In this document: piece by piece, positions 13,101-26,900 of the stretch
How the letters are laid out: the number at the start of each line of letters is the position of its first letter
Numbering within the stretch: the first letter of the stretch is position 1
Assembly (NCBI GenBank): GCA_964016885.1
Contig: OZ024742.1
Location: 62,992,001-63,056,000, forward strand
DNA length: 64,000 nt
Direction of reading: 5' to 3'
Source of the DNA: Eledone cirrhosa
Lineage: Eukaryota
Notes under the pieces: generated by a model
Databases searched by the model: none
What the model was told of the DNA's origin: nothing
What the model saw: only the letters and a program-made list of their open reading frames with translations
Position numbers and translations under genes: made by a program

Positions 13101-16100
13101 GTCTCTCTGTCAGTCTGTCATCTCTTAACTTCTTACTATCTGTCTCTCTGTCAGTCTGTCTTCTCTTAACTTCTTACTACCTGTCTCTCTGTCAGTCTGT
13201 CTTCTCTTAACTTCTTACAATCTGTCTCTCTATCAGTCTGTCATCGCTTAACTTCTTACTACCTGTCTCTTTGTTTGTCTGTCTTCTCTTAACTTCTTAC
13301 TACCTGTCTCTCTGTCAGTCTGTCATCTCTTAACTTCTTACTATCTGTCTCTCTGACAGTCTGTCTTCTCTTAACTTCTTACTACCTGTCTCTCTGTCAG
13401 TCTGTCATCTCTTAACTTCTAACTACCTGTCTCTCTGTCAGTCTGTCATCTCTTAACTTCTTACTATCTGTCTCTCTGTCAGTCTGTCTTCTCTTAACTT
13501 CTTACTACATGTCTCTCTGTCAGTCTGTCTTCTCTTAACTTCTTACTACCTGACTCTCTGTCAGTCTGTCTTCTCTTAACTTCTTACTGCCTGTCTCTCT
13601 GTCAGTCTGTCATCTCTTAACTACTTACTATCTGTCTCTCTGTCAGTCTGTGTTCTCTTAACTCCTTACTACCTGCCTCTCTGTCAGTCTGTCAACTCTT
13701 AACTTCTTACTACCTGTCCCTCTGTCAGTCTGTCTTCTCTTAACTTCTTACTACCTGTCTCTCTGTCAGTCTGTCATCTCTTAACTTCTTACTACATGTC
13801 TCTCTGTCAGTCTGTGTTCTCTTAACCTCTTACTACCTGTCTCTCTGTCAGTCTGTCATCTCTTAACTTCTTACTACCTGTCTCTCTGTCAGTCTGTCTT
13901 CTCTTAACTTCTTACTACATGTCTCTCTGTCAGTCTGTCTTCTCTTAACTTCTTACTACCTGTCTCACTGTCAGTCTGTGTTCTCTTTACTTCTTACTAC
14001 CTGTTCCTCCTTCAGTCTGTCATCTCTTAACTTCTTACTACCTGTCTCTCTGTCAGTCTGTGTTCTCTTAACTCCTTACTACCTGCCTCTCTGTCAGTCT
14101 TTCATCTCTTAACTTCTTACTACCTGTCTCTCTGTCAGTCTGTCTTCTCTTAACTTCTTACTACATGTCACTCTGTCAGTCTGTCTTCTCTTAATTTCTT
14201 ACTACCTGTCTCTCGGTCAGTCTTTCATCTCTTAACTTCTTACTACCTGTCTCTCTGTCAGTCTGTCTTCACTTAACTTCTTACTACCTGTCTCTCTGTC
14301 AGTCTGTCATCACTTAACTTTTTACTATTTGTCTCTCTTTCAGTCTCTCTTCTCTTAACTTCTTACTACCTGTCTCTCGGACAGTCTTTCATCTCTTAAC
14401 TTCTTACTACATGTCTCTCTGTCAGTCTGTCTTCTCTTAACTTCTTACTACCTGTCTCTCTGTCAGTCTGTCTTCTATTAACTTCTTACTACCTGTCTCT
14501 CTGTCAGTCTGTCATCTCTTAACTTCTTACTACCTGTCTCTCTGTCAGTCTGTCATATCTTAACTTCTTACTACCTGTTTCTGTGTCAGTCTGTCTTCTC
14601 TTAACTTCTTGCTACATGTCTCTCTGTCAGTCTGTCTTCTCTTAACTTCTTACTACCTGTCTCTCTGTCAGTCTGTCTTCTCTTAACTTCTTACTATCTG
14701 CCTCTCTGTCAGTCTGTCATCTCTTAACTTCTTACTACCTGTCTCTCTGTCAGTCTCTCTTCTCTTAACTTCTTACTACCTGTCTCTCAGTCAGTCTGTC
14801 ATCTCTTAACTTTTTACTATCTGTTTCTCATTCAGTCTCTCTTCTCTTAACTTCTTACTACCTGTCTCTCTGTCAGTCTGTCATCTCTTAACTTCTTACT
14901 ACCTGGCTCTCTGTCAGTCTGTCTTCTCTTAACTTCTTACTACCTGTCTCTCTGTCAGTCTGTCATCTCTTAACTTCTTACTATCTGTCTCTCTGTCAGT
15001 CTGTCTTCACTTAACTTCTTACTACCTGTCTCTCTGTCAGTCTGTCTTCTATTAACTTCTTACTACCTGCCTCTCTGTCAGTCTGTCATCTCTTAACTTC
15101 TTACTACCTGTCTCTCTGTCAGTCTGTCTTCTCTTAACTTCTTACTACCTGTCTCTCTGTCTGTCTGTCTTCTCTTAACTTCTTACTACCTGTCTCTCTG
15201 TCAGTCTGTCATCTCTTAACTACTTACTATCTGTCTCTCTGTCAGTCTGTCTTCTCTTAACTTCTTACTACCTGTCTCTCTGTCAGTCTGTCTTCTCTTA
15301 ACTTCTTACTACCTGTCTCTCTGTCAGTCTGTCATCTCTTAACTACTTACTATCTGTCTCTCTGTCAGTCTGTGTTCTCTTAACTCCTTACTACCTGCCT
15401 CTCTGTCAGTCTTTCATCTCTTAACTTCTTACTACCTGTCTCTCTGTCAGTCTGTCTCCTCTTAACTTCTTACTACATGTCTCTCTGTCAGTCTGTCTTC
15501 TCTTAACTTCTTACTACCTGTCTCTCGGTCAGTCTTTCATCTCTTAACTTCTTACTACCTGTCTCTCTGTCAGTCTGTCTTCACTTAACTTCTTACTACC
15601 TGTCTCACTGTCAGTCTGTCATCTCTTAACTTCTTACTACCTGTCTCTCTGTCAGTCTGTCTTCTATTAACTTCTTACTACCTGTCTCTCTGTCAGTCTG
15701 TCTTCTCTTAACTTCTTACTACATGTCTCTCTGTCAGTCTGTCATCTCTTAACTTCTTACTATTTGTCTCTCTGTCAGTCTGTCTTCTCTTAACTTCTTA
15801 CTACCTGCCTCTCTGTCAGTCTGTCATCTCTTAACTACTTACTATCTGTCTCTCTGTCAGTCTGTCTTCTCTTAACTTCTTACTACCTGTCTCTCTGTCA
15901 GTCTGTCTTCTCTTAACTTCTTAATACCTGTCTCTCTGTCAGTCTGTCATCTCTTAACTTCTTAGTATCTGTCTCTCTGTCAGTCTGTCTTCTCTTAACT
16001 TCTTACTACCTGTCTCTCTGTCAGTTTGTCATCTCTTAACTACTTACTATCTGTCTCTCTGTCAGTCTGTGTTCTCTTAACTCCTTACTACCTGCCTCTC

Positions 16101-19100
16101 TGTCAGTCTTTCATCTCTTAACTTCTTACTACCTGTCTCTCGGTCAGTCTTTCATCTCTTAACTTCTTACTACCTGTCTCTCTGTCAGTCTGTCTTCACT
16201 TAACTTCTTACTACCTCTCTCACTGTCAGTCTGTCATCTCTTAACTTCTTACTACCTGTCTCTCTGTCAGACTGTCTTCTATTAACTTCTTACTACCTGT
16301 CTCTCTGTCAGTCTGTCTTCTCTTAACTTCTTACTACATGTCTCTCTGTCAGTCTGTCATCTCTTAACTTCTTACTATTTGTCTCTCTGTCAGTCTGTCT
16401 TCTCTTAACTTCTTACTACCTGCCTCTCTGGCAGTCTGTCATCTCTTAACTTCTTACTATCTGTCTCTCTGTCAGTCTGTCTTCTCTTAACTTCTTACTA
16501 CCTGTCTCTCTGTCAGTCTGTCTTCTCTTAACTTCTTAATACCTGTCTCTCTGTCAGTCTGTCATCTCTTAACTTCTTAGTATCTGTCTCTCTGTCAGTC
16601 TGTCTTCTCTTAACTTCTTACTACCTGCCTCTCTATCAGTCTGTCATCTCTTAACTTCTTACTACCTGTCTCTCTGTCAGTCTGTCATCTCTTAACTTCT
16701 TACTATCTGTCTCTCTGTCAGTCTGTCTTCTCTTAACTTCTTACTACCTGTCTCTCTGTCAGTCTGTCTTCTCTTAACTTCTTACAATCTGTCTCTCTAT
16801 CAGTCTGTCATCGCTAAACTTCTTACTACCTGTCTCTTTGTTTGTCTGTCTTCTCTTAACTTCTTACTACCTGTCTCTCTGTCAGTCTGTCATCTCTTAA
16901 CTTCTTACTACCTGTCTCTCTGTCAGTCTGTGTTCTCTTAACTCCTTACTACCTGTCTCTCTGTCAGTCTTTCATCTCTTAACTTCTTACTACCTGTCTC
17001 TCTGTCAGTCTGTCTTCTCTTAACTTCGTACTACATGTCACTCTGTCAGTCTGTCTTATCTTAATTTCTTACTACCTGTCTCTCGGTCAGTCTTTCATCT
17101 CTTAACTTCTTACTACCTGTCTCTCTGTCAGTCTGTCTTCACTTAACTTCTTACTACCTGTCTCTCTGTCAGTCTGTCATCACTTAACTTTTTACTATTT
17201 GTCTCTCTTTCAGTCTCTCTTCTCTTAACTTCTTACTACCTGTCTCTCGGACAGTCTTTCATCTCTTAACTTCTTACTACCTGTCACTCTGTCAGTCTGT
17301 CTTCTCTTAACTTCTTACTACCTGTCTCACTGTCAGTCTGTCATCTTTTAACTTCTTACTACCTGTCTCTCTGTCAGTCTGTCTTCTCTTAACTTCTTAC
17401 TACATGTCTCTCTGTCAGTCTGTCTTTTCTTAACTTCTTTCTACCTGTCTCTCCGTCAGTCTTTCATCTCTTAACTTCTTACTACCTGTCTCTCTGTAAG
17501 TCTGTCATCTCTTAACTTCTTACTACCTGTCTCTCTGTCAGTCTGTCTTCTATTAACTTCTTACTACCTGTCTCTCTGTCAGTCTGTCATCTCTTAACTT
17601 CTTACTACCTGTCTCTCTGTCAGTCTGTCATATCTTAACTTCTTACTACCTGTCTCTGTGTCAGTCTGTCTTCTCTTAACTTCTTGCTACATGTCTCTCT
17701 GTCAGTCTGTCTTCTCTTAACTTCTTACTACCTGTCTCTCTGTCAGTCTGTCTTCACTTAACTTCTTACTATCTGCCTCTCTGTCAGTCTGTCATCTCTT
17801 AACTTCTTACTACCTGTCTCTCTGTCAGTCTGTCTTCTCTTAACTTCTTACTACCTGTCTCTCTGTCAGTCTCTCTTCTCTTAACTTCTTACTACCTGTC
17901 TCTCAGTCAGTCTGTCATCTCTTAACTTTTTACTATCTGTCTCTCATTCAGTCTCTCTTCTCTTAACTTCTTACTACCTGTCTCTCAGTCAGTCTGTCTT
18001 CTCTTAACTTCTTACTACCTGTCTCTCTGTCAGTCTGTCATCTCTTAACTTCTTACTACCTGTCTCTCTGTCAGTCTGTCATCTCTTAACTTCTTACTAC
18101 CTGGCTCTCTGTCAGTCTGTCTTCTCTTAACTTCTTACTACCTGTCTCTCAGTCAGTCTGTCATCTCTTAACTTTTTACTATCTGTCTCTCATTCAGTCT
18201 CTCTTCTCTTAACTTCTTACTACCTGTCTCTCAGTCAGTCTGTCTTCTCTTAACTTCTTACTACCTGTCTCTCTGTCAGTCTGTCATCTCTTAACTTCTT
18301 ACTACCTGTCTCTCTGTCAGTCTGTCATCTCTTAACTTCTTACTACCTGTCTCTCTGTCAGTCTGTCTTCTCTTAACTTCTTACTACCTGTCTCTCTGTC
18401 AGTCTCTCTTCTCTTAACTTCTTACTACCTGTCTCTCAGTCAGTCTGTCATCTCTTAACTTTTTACTATCTGTCTCTCATTCAGTCTCTCTTCTCTTAAC
18501 TTCTTACTACCTGTCTCTCAGTCAGTCTGTCTTCTCTTAACTTCTTACTACCTGTCTCTCTGTCAGTCTGTCATCTCTTAACTTCTTACTACCTGTCTCT
18601 CTGTCAGTCTGTCATCTCTTTACTTCTTACTACCTGTCTCTCAGTCAGTCTGTCATCTCTTAACTTTTTACTATTTGTCTCTCTTTCAGTCTCTCTTCTC
18701 TTAACTTCTTACTACCTGTCTCTCGGACAGTCTTTCATCTCTTAACTTCTTACTACCTGTCTCTCTGTCAGTCTGTCTTCTCTTAACTTCTTACTACCTG
18801 TCTCACTGTCAGTCTGTCATCTCTTAACTTCTTACTACCTGTCTCTCTGTCAGTCTGTCTTCTCTTAACTTCTTACTACATGTCTCTCTGTCAGTCTCTC
18901 TTCTCTTAACTTCTTACTACATGTCTCTCTGTCAGTCTTTCATCGCTTAACTTCTTACTACCTGTCTCTCTGTCAGTCTGTCATCTCTTAACTTCTTACT
19001 ACCTGTCTCTGTGTCAGTCTGTCTTCTCTTAACTTCTTGCTACATGTCTCTCTGTCAGTCTGTCTTCTCTTAACTTCTTACTACCTGTCTCTCTGTCAGT

Positions 19101-22100
19101 CTGTCTTCTCTTAAGTTCTTACTACATGTCTCTCTGTCAGTCTGTCTTCTCTAACTTCTTACTACCTGTCTCTCTGTCAGTCTGTCGTCTCTTAACTTCT
19201 TACTACCTGTCTCTCTGTCAGTCTGTCATCTCTTAACTACTTACTATCTGTCTCTCTGTCAGTCTGTCTTCTCTTAACTTCTTACTACCTGTCTCTCTGT
19301 CAGTCTGTCTTCTCTTAACTTCTTACTACCTGTCTCTCTGTCAGTTTGTCATCTCTTAACTACTTACTATCTGTCTCTCTGTCAGTCTGTGTTCTCTTAA
19401 CTCCTTACTACCTGCCTCTCTGTCAGTCTTTCATCTCTTAACTTCTTACTACCTGTCTCTCTGTCAGTCTGTCTTCTCTTAACTTCTTACTACCTGTCTC
19501 ACTGTCAGTCTGTCATCTCTTAACTTCTTACTACCTGTCTCTCTATCAGTCTGTCTTCTCTTAACTTCTTACTACATGTCTCTCTGTCAGTCTCTCTTCT
19601 CTTAACTTCTTACTACATGTCTCTCTGTCAGTCTGTCTTCACTTAACTTCTTACTACCTCTCTCACTGTCAGTCTGTCATCTCTTAACTTCTTACTACCT
19701 GTCTCTCTGTCAGTCTGTCTTCTATTAACTTCTTACTACCTGTCTCTCTGTCAGTCTGTCTTCTCTTAACTTCTTACTACATGTCTCTCTGTCAGTCTGT
19801 CATCTCTTAACTTCTTACTATTTGTCTCTCTGTCAGTCTGTCTTCTCTTAACTTCTTACTACCTGCCTCTCTGGCAGTCTGTCATCTCTTAACTTCTTAC
19901 TATCTGTCTCTCTGTCAGTCTGTCTTCTCTTAACTTCTTACTACCTGTCTCTCTGTCAGTCTGTCTTCTCTTAACTTCTTAATACCTGTCTCTCTGTCAG
20001 TCTGTCATCTCTTAACTTCTTAGTATCTGTCTCTCTGTCAGTCTGTCTTCTCTTAACTTCTTACTACCTGCCTCTCTATCAGTCTGTCATCTCTTAACTT
20101 CTTACTACCTGTCTCTCTGTCAGTCTGTCATCTCTTAACTTCTTACTATCTGTCTCTCTGTCAGTCTGTCTTCTCTTAACTTCTTACTACCTGTCTCTCT
20201 GTCAGTCTGTCTTCTCTTAACTTCTTACAATCTGTCTCTCTATCAGTCTGTCATCGCTTAACTTCTTACTACCTGTCTCTTTGTTTGTCTGTCTTCTCTT
20301 AACTTCTTACTACCTGTCTCTCTGTCAGTCTGTCATCTCTTAACTTCTTACTATCTGTCTCTCTGACAGTCTGTCTTCTCTTAACTTCTTACTACCTGTC
20401 TCTCTGTCAGTCTGTCATCTCTTAACTTCTAACTACCTGTCTCTCTGTCAGTCTGTCATCTCTTAACTTCTTACTATCTGTCTCTCTGTCAGTCTGTCTT
20501 CTCTTAACTTCTTACTACATGTCTCTCTGTCAGTCTGTCTTCTCTTAACTTCTTACTACCTGACTCTCTGTCAGTCTGTCTTCTCTTAACTTCTTACTGC
20601 CTGTCTCTCTGTCAGTCTGTCATCTCTTAACTACTTACTATCTGTCTCTCTGTCAGTCTGTGTTCTCTTAACTCCTTACTACCTGCCTCTCTGTCAGTCT
20701 GTCAACTCTTAACTTCTTACTACCTGTCCCTCTGTCAGTCTGTCTTCTCTTAACTTCTTACTACCTGTCTCTCTGTCAGTCTGTCATCTCTTAACTTCTT
20801 ACTACATGTCTCTCTGTCAGTCTGTGTTCTCTTAACCTCTTACTACCTGTCTCTCTGTCAGTCTGTCATCTCTTAACTTCTTACTACCTGTCTCTCTGTC
20901 AGTCTGTCTTCTCTTAACTTCTTACTACATGTCTCTCTGTCAGTCTGTCTTCTCTTAACATCTTACTACCTGTCTCACTGTCAGTCTGTGTTCTCTTTAC
21001 TTCTTACTACCTGTTCCTCCTTCAGTCTGTCATCTCTTAACTTCTTACTACCTGTCTCTCTGTCAGTCTGTGTTCTCTTAACTCCTTACTACCTGCCTCT
21101 CTGTAAGTCTTTCATCTCTTAACTTCTTACTACCTGTCTCTCTGTCAGTCTGTCTTCTCTTAACTTCTTACTACATGTCACTCTGTCAGTCTGTCTTCTC
21201 TTAATTTCTTACTACCTGTCTCTCGGTCAGTCTTTCATCTCTTAACTTCTTACTACCTGTCTCTCTGTCAGTCTGTCTTCACTTAACTTCTTACTACCTG
21301 TCTCTCTGTCAGTCTGTCATCACTTAACTTTTTACTATTTGTCTCTCTTTCAGTCTCTCTTCTCTTAACTTCTTACTACCTGTCTCTCGGACAGTCTTTC
21401 ATCTCTTAACTTCTTACTACATGTCTCTCTGTCAGTCTGTCTTCTCTTAACTTCTTACTACCTGTCTCTCTGTCAGTCTGTCTTCTATTAACTTCTTACT
21501 ACCTGTCTCTCTGTCAGTCTGTCATCTCTTAACTTCTTACTACCTGTCTCTCTGTCAGTCTGTCATATCTTAACTTCTTACTACCTGTTTCTGTGTCAGT
21601 CTGTCTTCTCTTAACTTCTTGCTACATGTCTCTCTGTCAGTCTGTCTTCTCTTAACTTCTTACTACCTGTCTCTCTGTCAGTCTGTCTTCTCTTAACTTC
21701 TTACTATCTGCCTCTCTGTCAGTCTGTCATCTCTTAACTTCTTACTACCTGTCTCTCTGTCAGTCTGTCTTCTCTTAACTTCTTACTACCTGTCTCTCTG
21801 TCAGTCTCTCTTCTCTTAACTTCTTACTACCTGTCTCTCAGTCAGACTGTCATCTCTTAACTTTTTACTATCTGTTTCTCATTCAGTCTCTCTTCTCTTA
21901 ACTTCTTACTACCTGTCTCTCTGTCAGTCTGTCATCTCTTAACTTCTTACTACCTGGCTCTCTGTCAGTCTGTCTTCTCTTAACTTCTTACTACCTGTCT
22001 CTCTGTCAGTCTGTCATCTCTTAACTTCTTACTATCTGTCTCTCTGTCAGTCTGTCTTCACTTAACTTCTTACTACCTGTCTCTCTGTCAGTCTGTCTTC

Positions 22101-23930
22101 TATTAACTTCTTACTACCTGCCTCTCTGTCAGTCTGTCATCTCTTAACTTCTTACTACCTGTCTCTCTGTCAGTCTGTCTTCTCTTAACTTCTTACTACC
22201 TGTCTCTCTGTCTGTCTGTCTTCTCTTAACTTCTTACTACCTGTCTCTCTGTCAGTCTGTCATCTCTTAACTACTTACTATCTGTCTCTCTGTCAGTCTG
22301 TCTTCTCTTAACTTCTTACTACCTGTCTCTCTGTCAGTCTGTCTTCTCTTAACTTCTTACTACCTGTCTCTCTGTCAGTCTGTCATCTCTTAACTACTTA
22401 CTATCTGTCTCTCTGTCAGTCTGTGTTCTCTTAACTCCTTACTACCTGCCTCTCTGTCAGTCTTTCATCTCTTAACTTCTTACTACCTGTCTCTCTGTCA
22501 GTCTGTCTCCTCTTAACTTCTTACTACATGTCTCTCTGTCAGTCTGTCTTCTCTTAACTTCTTACTACCTGTCTCTCGGTCAGTCTTTCATCTCTTAACT
22601 TCTTACTACCTGTCTCTCTGTCAGTCTGTCTTCACTTAACTTCTTACTACCTGTCTCACTGTCAGTCTGTCATCTCTTAACTTCTTACTACATGTCTCTC
22701 TGTCAGTCTGTCTTCTATTAACTTCTTACTACCTGTCTCTCTGTCAGTCTGTCTTCTCTAAACTTCTTACTACATGTCTCTCTGTCAGTCTGTCATCTCT
22801 TAACTTCTTACTATTTGTCTCTCTGTCAGTCTGTCTTCTCTTAACTTCTTACTACCTACCTCTCTGTCAGTCTGTCATCTCTTAACTACTTACTATCTGT
22901 CTCTCTGTCAGTCTGTCTTCTATTAACTTCTTACTACCTGTCTCTCTGTCAGTCTGTCTTCTCTTAACTTCTTAATACCTGTCTCTCTGTCAGTCTGTCA
23001 TCTCTTAACTTCTTAGTATCTGTCTCTCTGTCAGTCTGTCTTCTCTTAACTTCTTACTACCTGTCTCTCTGTCAGTTTGTCATCTCTTAACTACTTACTA
23101 TCTGTCTCTCTGTCAGTCTGTGTTCTCTTAACTCCTTACTACCTGCCTCTCTGTCAGTCTTTCATCTCTTAACTTCTTACTACCTGTCTCTCTGTCAGTC
23201 TTTCATCTCTTAACTTCTTACTACCTGTCTCTCTGTCAGTCTGTCTTCACTTAACTTCTTACTACCTCTCTCACTGTCAGTCTGTCATCTCTTAACTTCT
23301 TACTACCTGTCTCTCTGTCAGACTGTCTTCTATTAACTTCTTACTACCTGTCTCTCTGTCAGTCTGTCTTCTCTTAACTTCTTACTACATGTCTCTCTGT
23401 CAGTCTGTCATCTCTTAACTTCTTACTATTTGTCTCTCTGTCAGTCTGTCTTCTCTTAACTTCTTACTACCTGCCTCTCTGGCAGTCTGTCATCTCTTAA
23501 CTTCTTACTATCTGTCTCTCTGTCAGTCTGTCTTCTCTTAACTTCTTACTACCTGTCTCTCTGTCAGTCTGTCTTCTCTTAACTTCTTAATACCTGTCTC
23601 TCTGTCAGTCTGTCATCTCTTAACTTCTTAGTATCTGTCTCTCTGTCAGTCTGTCTTCTCTTAACTTCTTACTACCTGCCTCTCTATCAGTCTGTCATCT
23701 CTTAACTTCTTACTACCTGTCTCTCTGTCAGTCTGTCATCTCTTAACTTCTTACTATCTGTCTCTCTGTCAGTCTGTCTTCTCTTAACTTCTTACTACCT
23801 GTCTCTCTGTCAGTCTGTCTTCTCTTAACTTCTTACAATCTGTCTCTCTATCAGTCTGTCATCGCTAAACTTCTTACTACCTGTCTCTTTGTTTGTCTGT
23901 CTTCTCTTAACTTCTTACTACCTGTCTCTC
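10150..23930. repeat. Tandem block duplication of about 7 kb (165-172 monomers): about 10150-16880 / 16910-23930
   Basis: TTCGTAC G at 10264/17028 (offset 6764=165x41-1); the same 1-bp deletion at about 12100/19151 (offset 7051=172x41-1); CTGTTCCTCC at 14001/21011 (offset 7010); CGCTAAAC G at 16813/23864 (offset 7051). Confidence 0.9.
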
Positions 23931-26900
23931 TGTCAGTCTGTCATCTCTTAACTTCTTACTATCTGTCTCTCTGACAGTCTGTCTTCTCTTAACTTCTTAC
24001 TACCTGTCTCTCTGTCAGTCTGTCATCTCTTAACTTCTAACTACCTGTCTCTCTGTCAGTCTGTCATCTCTTAACTTCTTACTACCTGTCTCTCTGTCAG
24101 TCTGTCTTCTCTTAACTTCTTACTACATGTCTCTCTGTCAGTCTGTCTTCTCTTAACTTCTTACTACCTGTCTCTCTGTCAGTCTGTCTTCTCTTAACTT
24201 CTTACTGCCTGTCTCTCTGTCAGTCTGTCATCTCTTAACTACTTACTATCTGTCTCTCTGTCAGTCTGTGTTCTCTTAACTCCTTACTACCTGCCTCTCT
24301 GTCAGTCTGTCAACTCTTAACTTCTTACTACCTGTCCCTCTGTCAGTCTGTCTTCTCTTAACTTCTTACTACCTGTCTCTCTGTCAGTCTGTCATCTCTT
24401 AACTTCTTACTACATGTCTCTCTGTCAGTCTGTGTTCTCTTAACCTCTTACTACCTGTCTCTCTGTCAGTCTGTCATCTCTTAACTTCTTACTACCTGTC
24501 TCTCTGTCAGTCTGTCTTCTCTTAACTTCTTACTACATGTCTCTCTGTCAGTCTGTCTTCTCTTAACTTCTTACTACCTGTCTCACTGTCAGTCTGTGTT
24601 CTCTTAACTTCTTACTACCTGTTCCTCCTTCAGTCTGTCATCTCTTAACTTCTTACTACCTGTCTCTCTGTCAGTCTGTGTTCTCTTAACTCCTTACTAC
24701 CTGCCTCTCTGTCAGTCTTTCATCTCTTAACTTCTTACTACCTGTCTCTCTGTCAGTCTGTCTTCTCTTAACTTCTTACTACATGTCACTCTGTCAGTCT
24801 GTCTTCTCTTAATTTCTTACTACCTGTCTCTCGGTCTGTCTTTCATCTCTTAACTTCTTACTACCTGTCTCTCTGTCAGTCTGTCTTCACTTAACTTCTT
24901 ACTACCTGTCTCTCTGTCAGTCTGTCATCACTTAACATTTTACTATTTGTCTCTCTTTCAGTCTCTCTTCTCTTAACTTCTTACTACCTGTCTCTCGGAC
25001 AGTCTTTCATCTCTTAACTTCTTACTACATGTCTCTCTGTCAGTCTGTCTTCTCTTAACTTCTTACTACCTGTCTCTCTGTCAGTCTGTCTTCTATTAAT
25101 TTCTTACTACCTGTCTCTCTGTCAGTCTGTCATCTCTTAACTTCTTACTACCTGTCTCTCTGTCAGTCTGTCATATCTTAACTTCTTACTACCTGTTTCT
25201 GTGTCAGTCTGTCTTCTCTTAACTTCTTGCTACATGTCTCTCTGTCAGTCTGTCTTCTCTTAACTTCTTACTACCTGTCTCTCTGTCAGTCTGTCTTCTC
25301 TTAACTTCTTACTATCTGCCTCTCTGTCAGTCTGTCATCTCTTAACTACTTACTACCTGTCTCTCTGTCAGTCTGTCTTCTCTTAACTTCTTACTACCTG
25401 TCTCTCTGTCAGTCTCTCTTCTCTTAACTTCTTACTACCTGTCTCTCAGTCAGTCTGTCATCTCTTAACTTTTTACTATCTGTTTCTCATTCAGTCTCTC
25501 TTCTCTTAACTTCTTACTACCTGTCTCTATGTCAGTCTGTCATCTCTTAACTTCTTACTACCTGGCTCTCTGTCAGTCTGTCTTCTCTTAACTTCTTACT
25601 ACCTGTCTCTCTGTCAGTCTGTCATCTCTTAACTTCTTACTATCTGTCTCTCTGTCAGTCTGTCTTCACTTAACTTCTTACTACCTGTCTCTCTGTCAGT
25701 CTGTCTTCTATTAACTTCTTACTACCTGCCTCTCTGTCAGTCTGTCATCTCTTAACTTCTTACTACCTGTCTCTCTGTCAGTCTGTCTTCTCTTAACTTC
25801 TTACTACCTGTCTCTCTGTCTGTCTGTCTTCTCTTAACTTCTTACTACCTGTCTCTCTGTCAGTCTGTCATCTCTTAACTACTTACTATCTGTCTCTCTG
25901 TCAGTCTGTCTTCTCTTAACTTCTTACTACCTGTCTCTCTGTCAGTCTGTCTTCTCTTAACTTCTTACTACCTGTCTCTCTGTCAGTCTGCCATCTCTTA
26001 ACTACTTACTATCTGTCTCTCTGACAGTCTGTCTTCTCTTAACTTCTTACTACCTGTCTCTCTGTCAGTCTGTCATCTCTTAACTTCTAACTACCTGTCT
26101 CTCTGTCAGTCTGTCATCTCTTAACTTCTTACTATCTGTCTCTCTGTCAGTCTGTCTTCTCTTAACTTCTTACTACATGTCTCTCTGTCAGTCTGTCTTC
26201 TCTTAACTTCTTACTACCTGACTCTCTGTCAGTCTGTCTTCTCTTAACTTCTTACTGCCTGTCTCTCTGTCAGTCTGTCATCTCTTAACTACTTACTATC
26301 TGTCTCTCTGTCAGTCTGTGTTCTCTTAACTCCTTACTACCTGCCTCTCTGTCAGTCTGTCAACTCTTAACTTCTTACTACCTGTCCCTCTGTCAGTCTG
26401 TCTTCTCTTAACTTCTTACTACCTGTCTCTCTGTCAGTCTGTCATCTCTTAACTTCTTACTACATGTCTCTCTGTCAGTCTGTGTTCTCTTAACCTCTTA
26501 CTACCTGTCTCTCTGTCAGTCTGTCATCTCTTAACTTCTTACTACCTGTCTCTCTGTCAGTCTGTCTTCTCTTAACTTCTTACTACATGTCTCTCTGTCA
26601 GTCTGTCTTCTCTTAACTTCTTACTACCTGTCTCACTGTCAGTCTGTGTTCTCTTTACTTCTTACTACCTGTTCCTCCTTCAGTCTGTCATCTCTTAACT
26701 TCTTACTACCTGTCTCTCTGTCAGTCTGTGTTCTCTTAACTCCTTACTACCTGCCTCTCTGTAAGTCTTTCATCTCTTAACTTCTTACTACCTGTCTCTC
26801 TGTCAGTCTGTCTTCTCTTAACTTCTTACTACATGTCACTCTGTCAGTCTGTCTTCTCTTAATTTCTTACTACCTGTCTCTCGGTCAGTCTTTCATCTCT

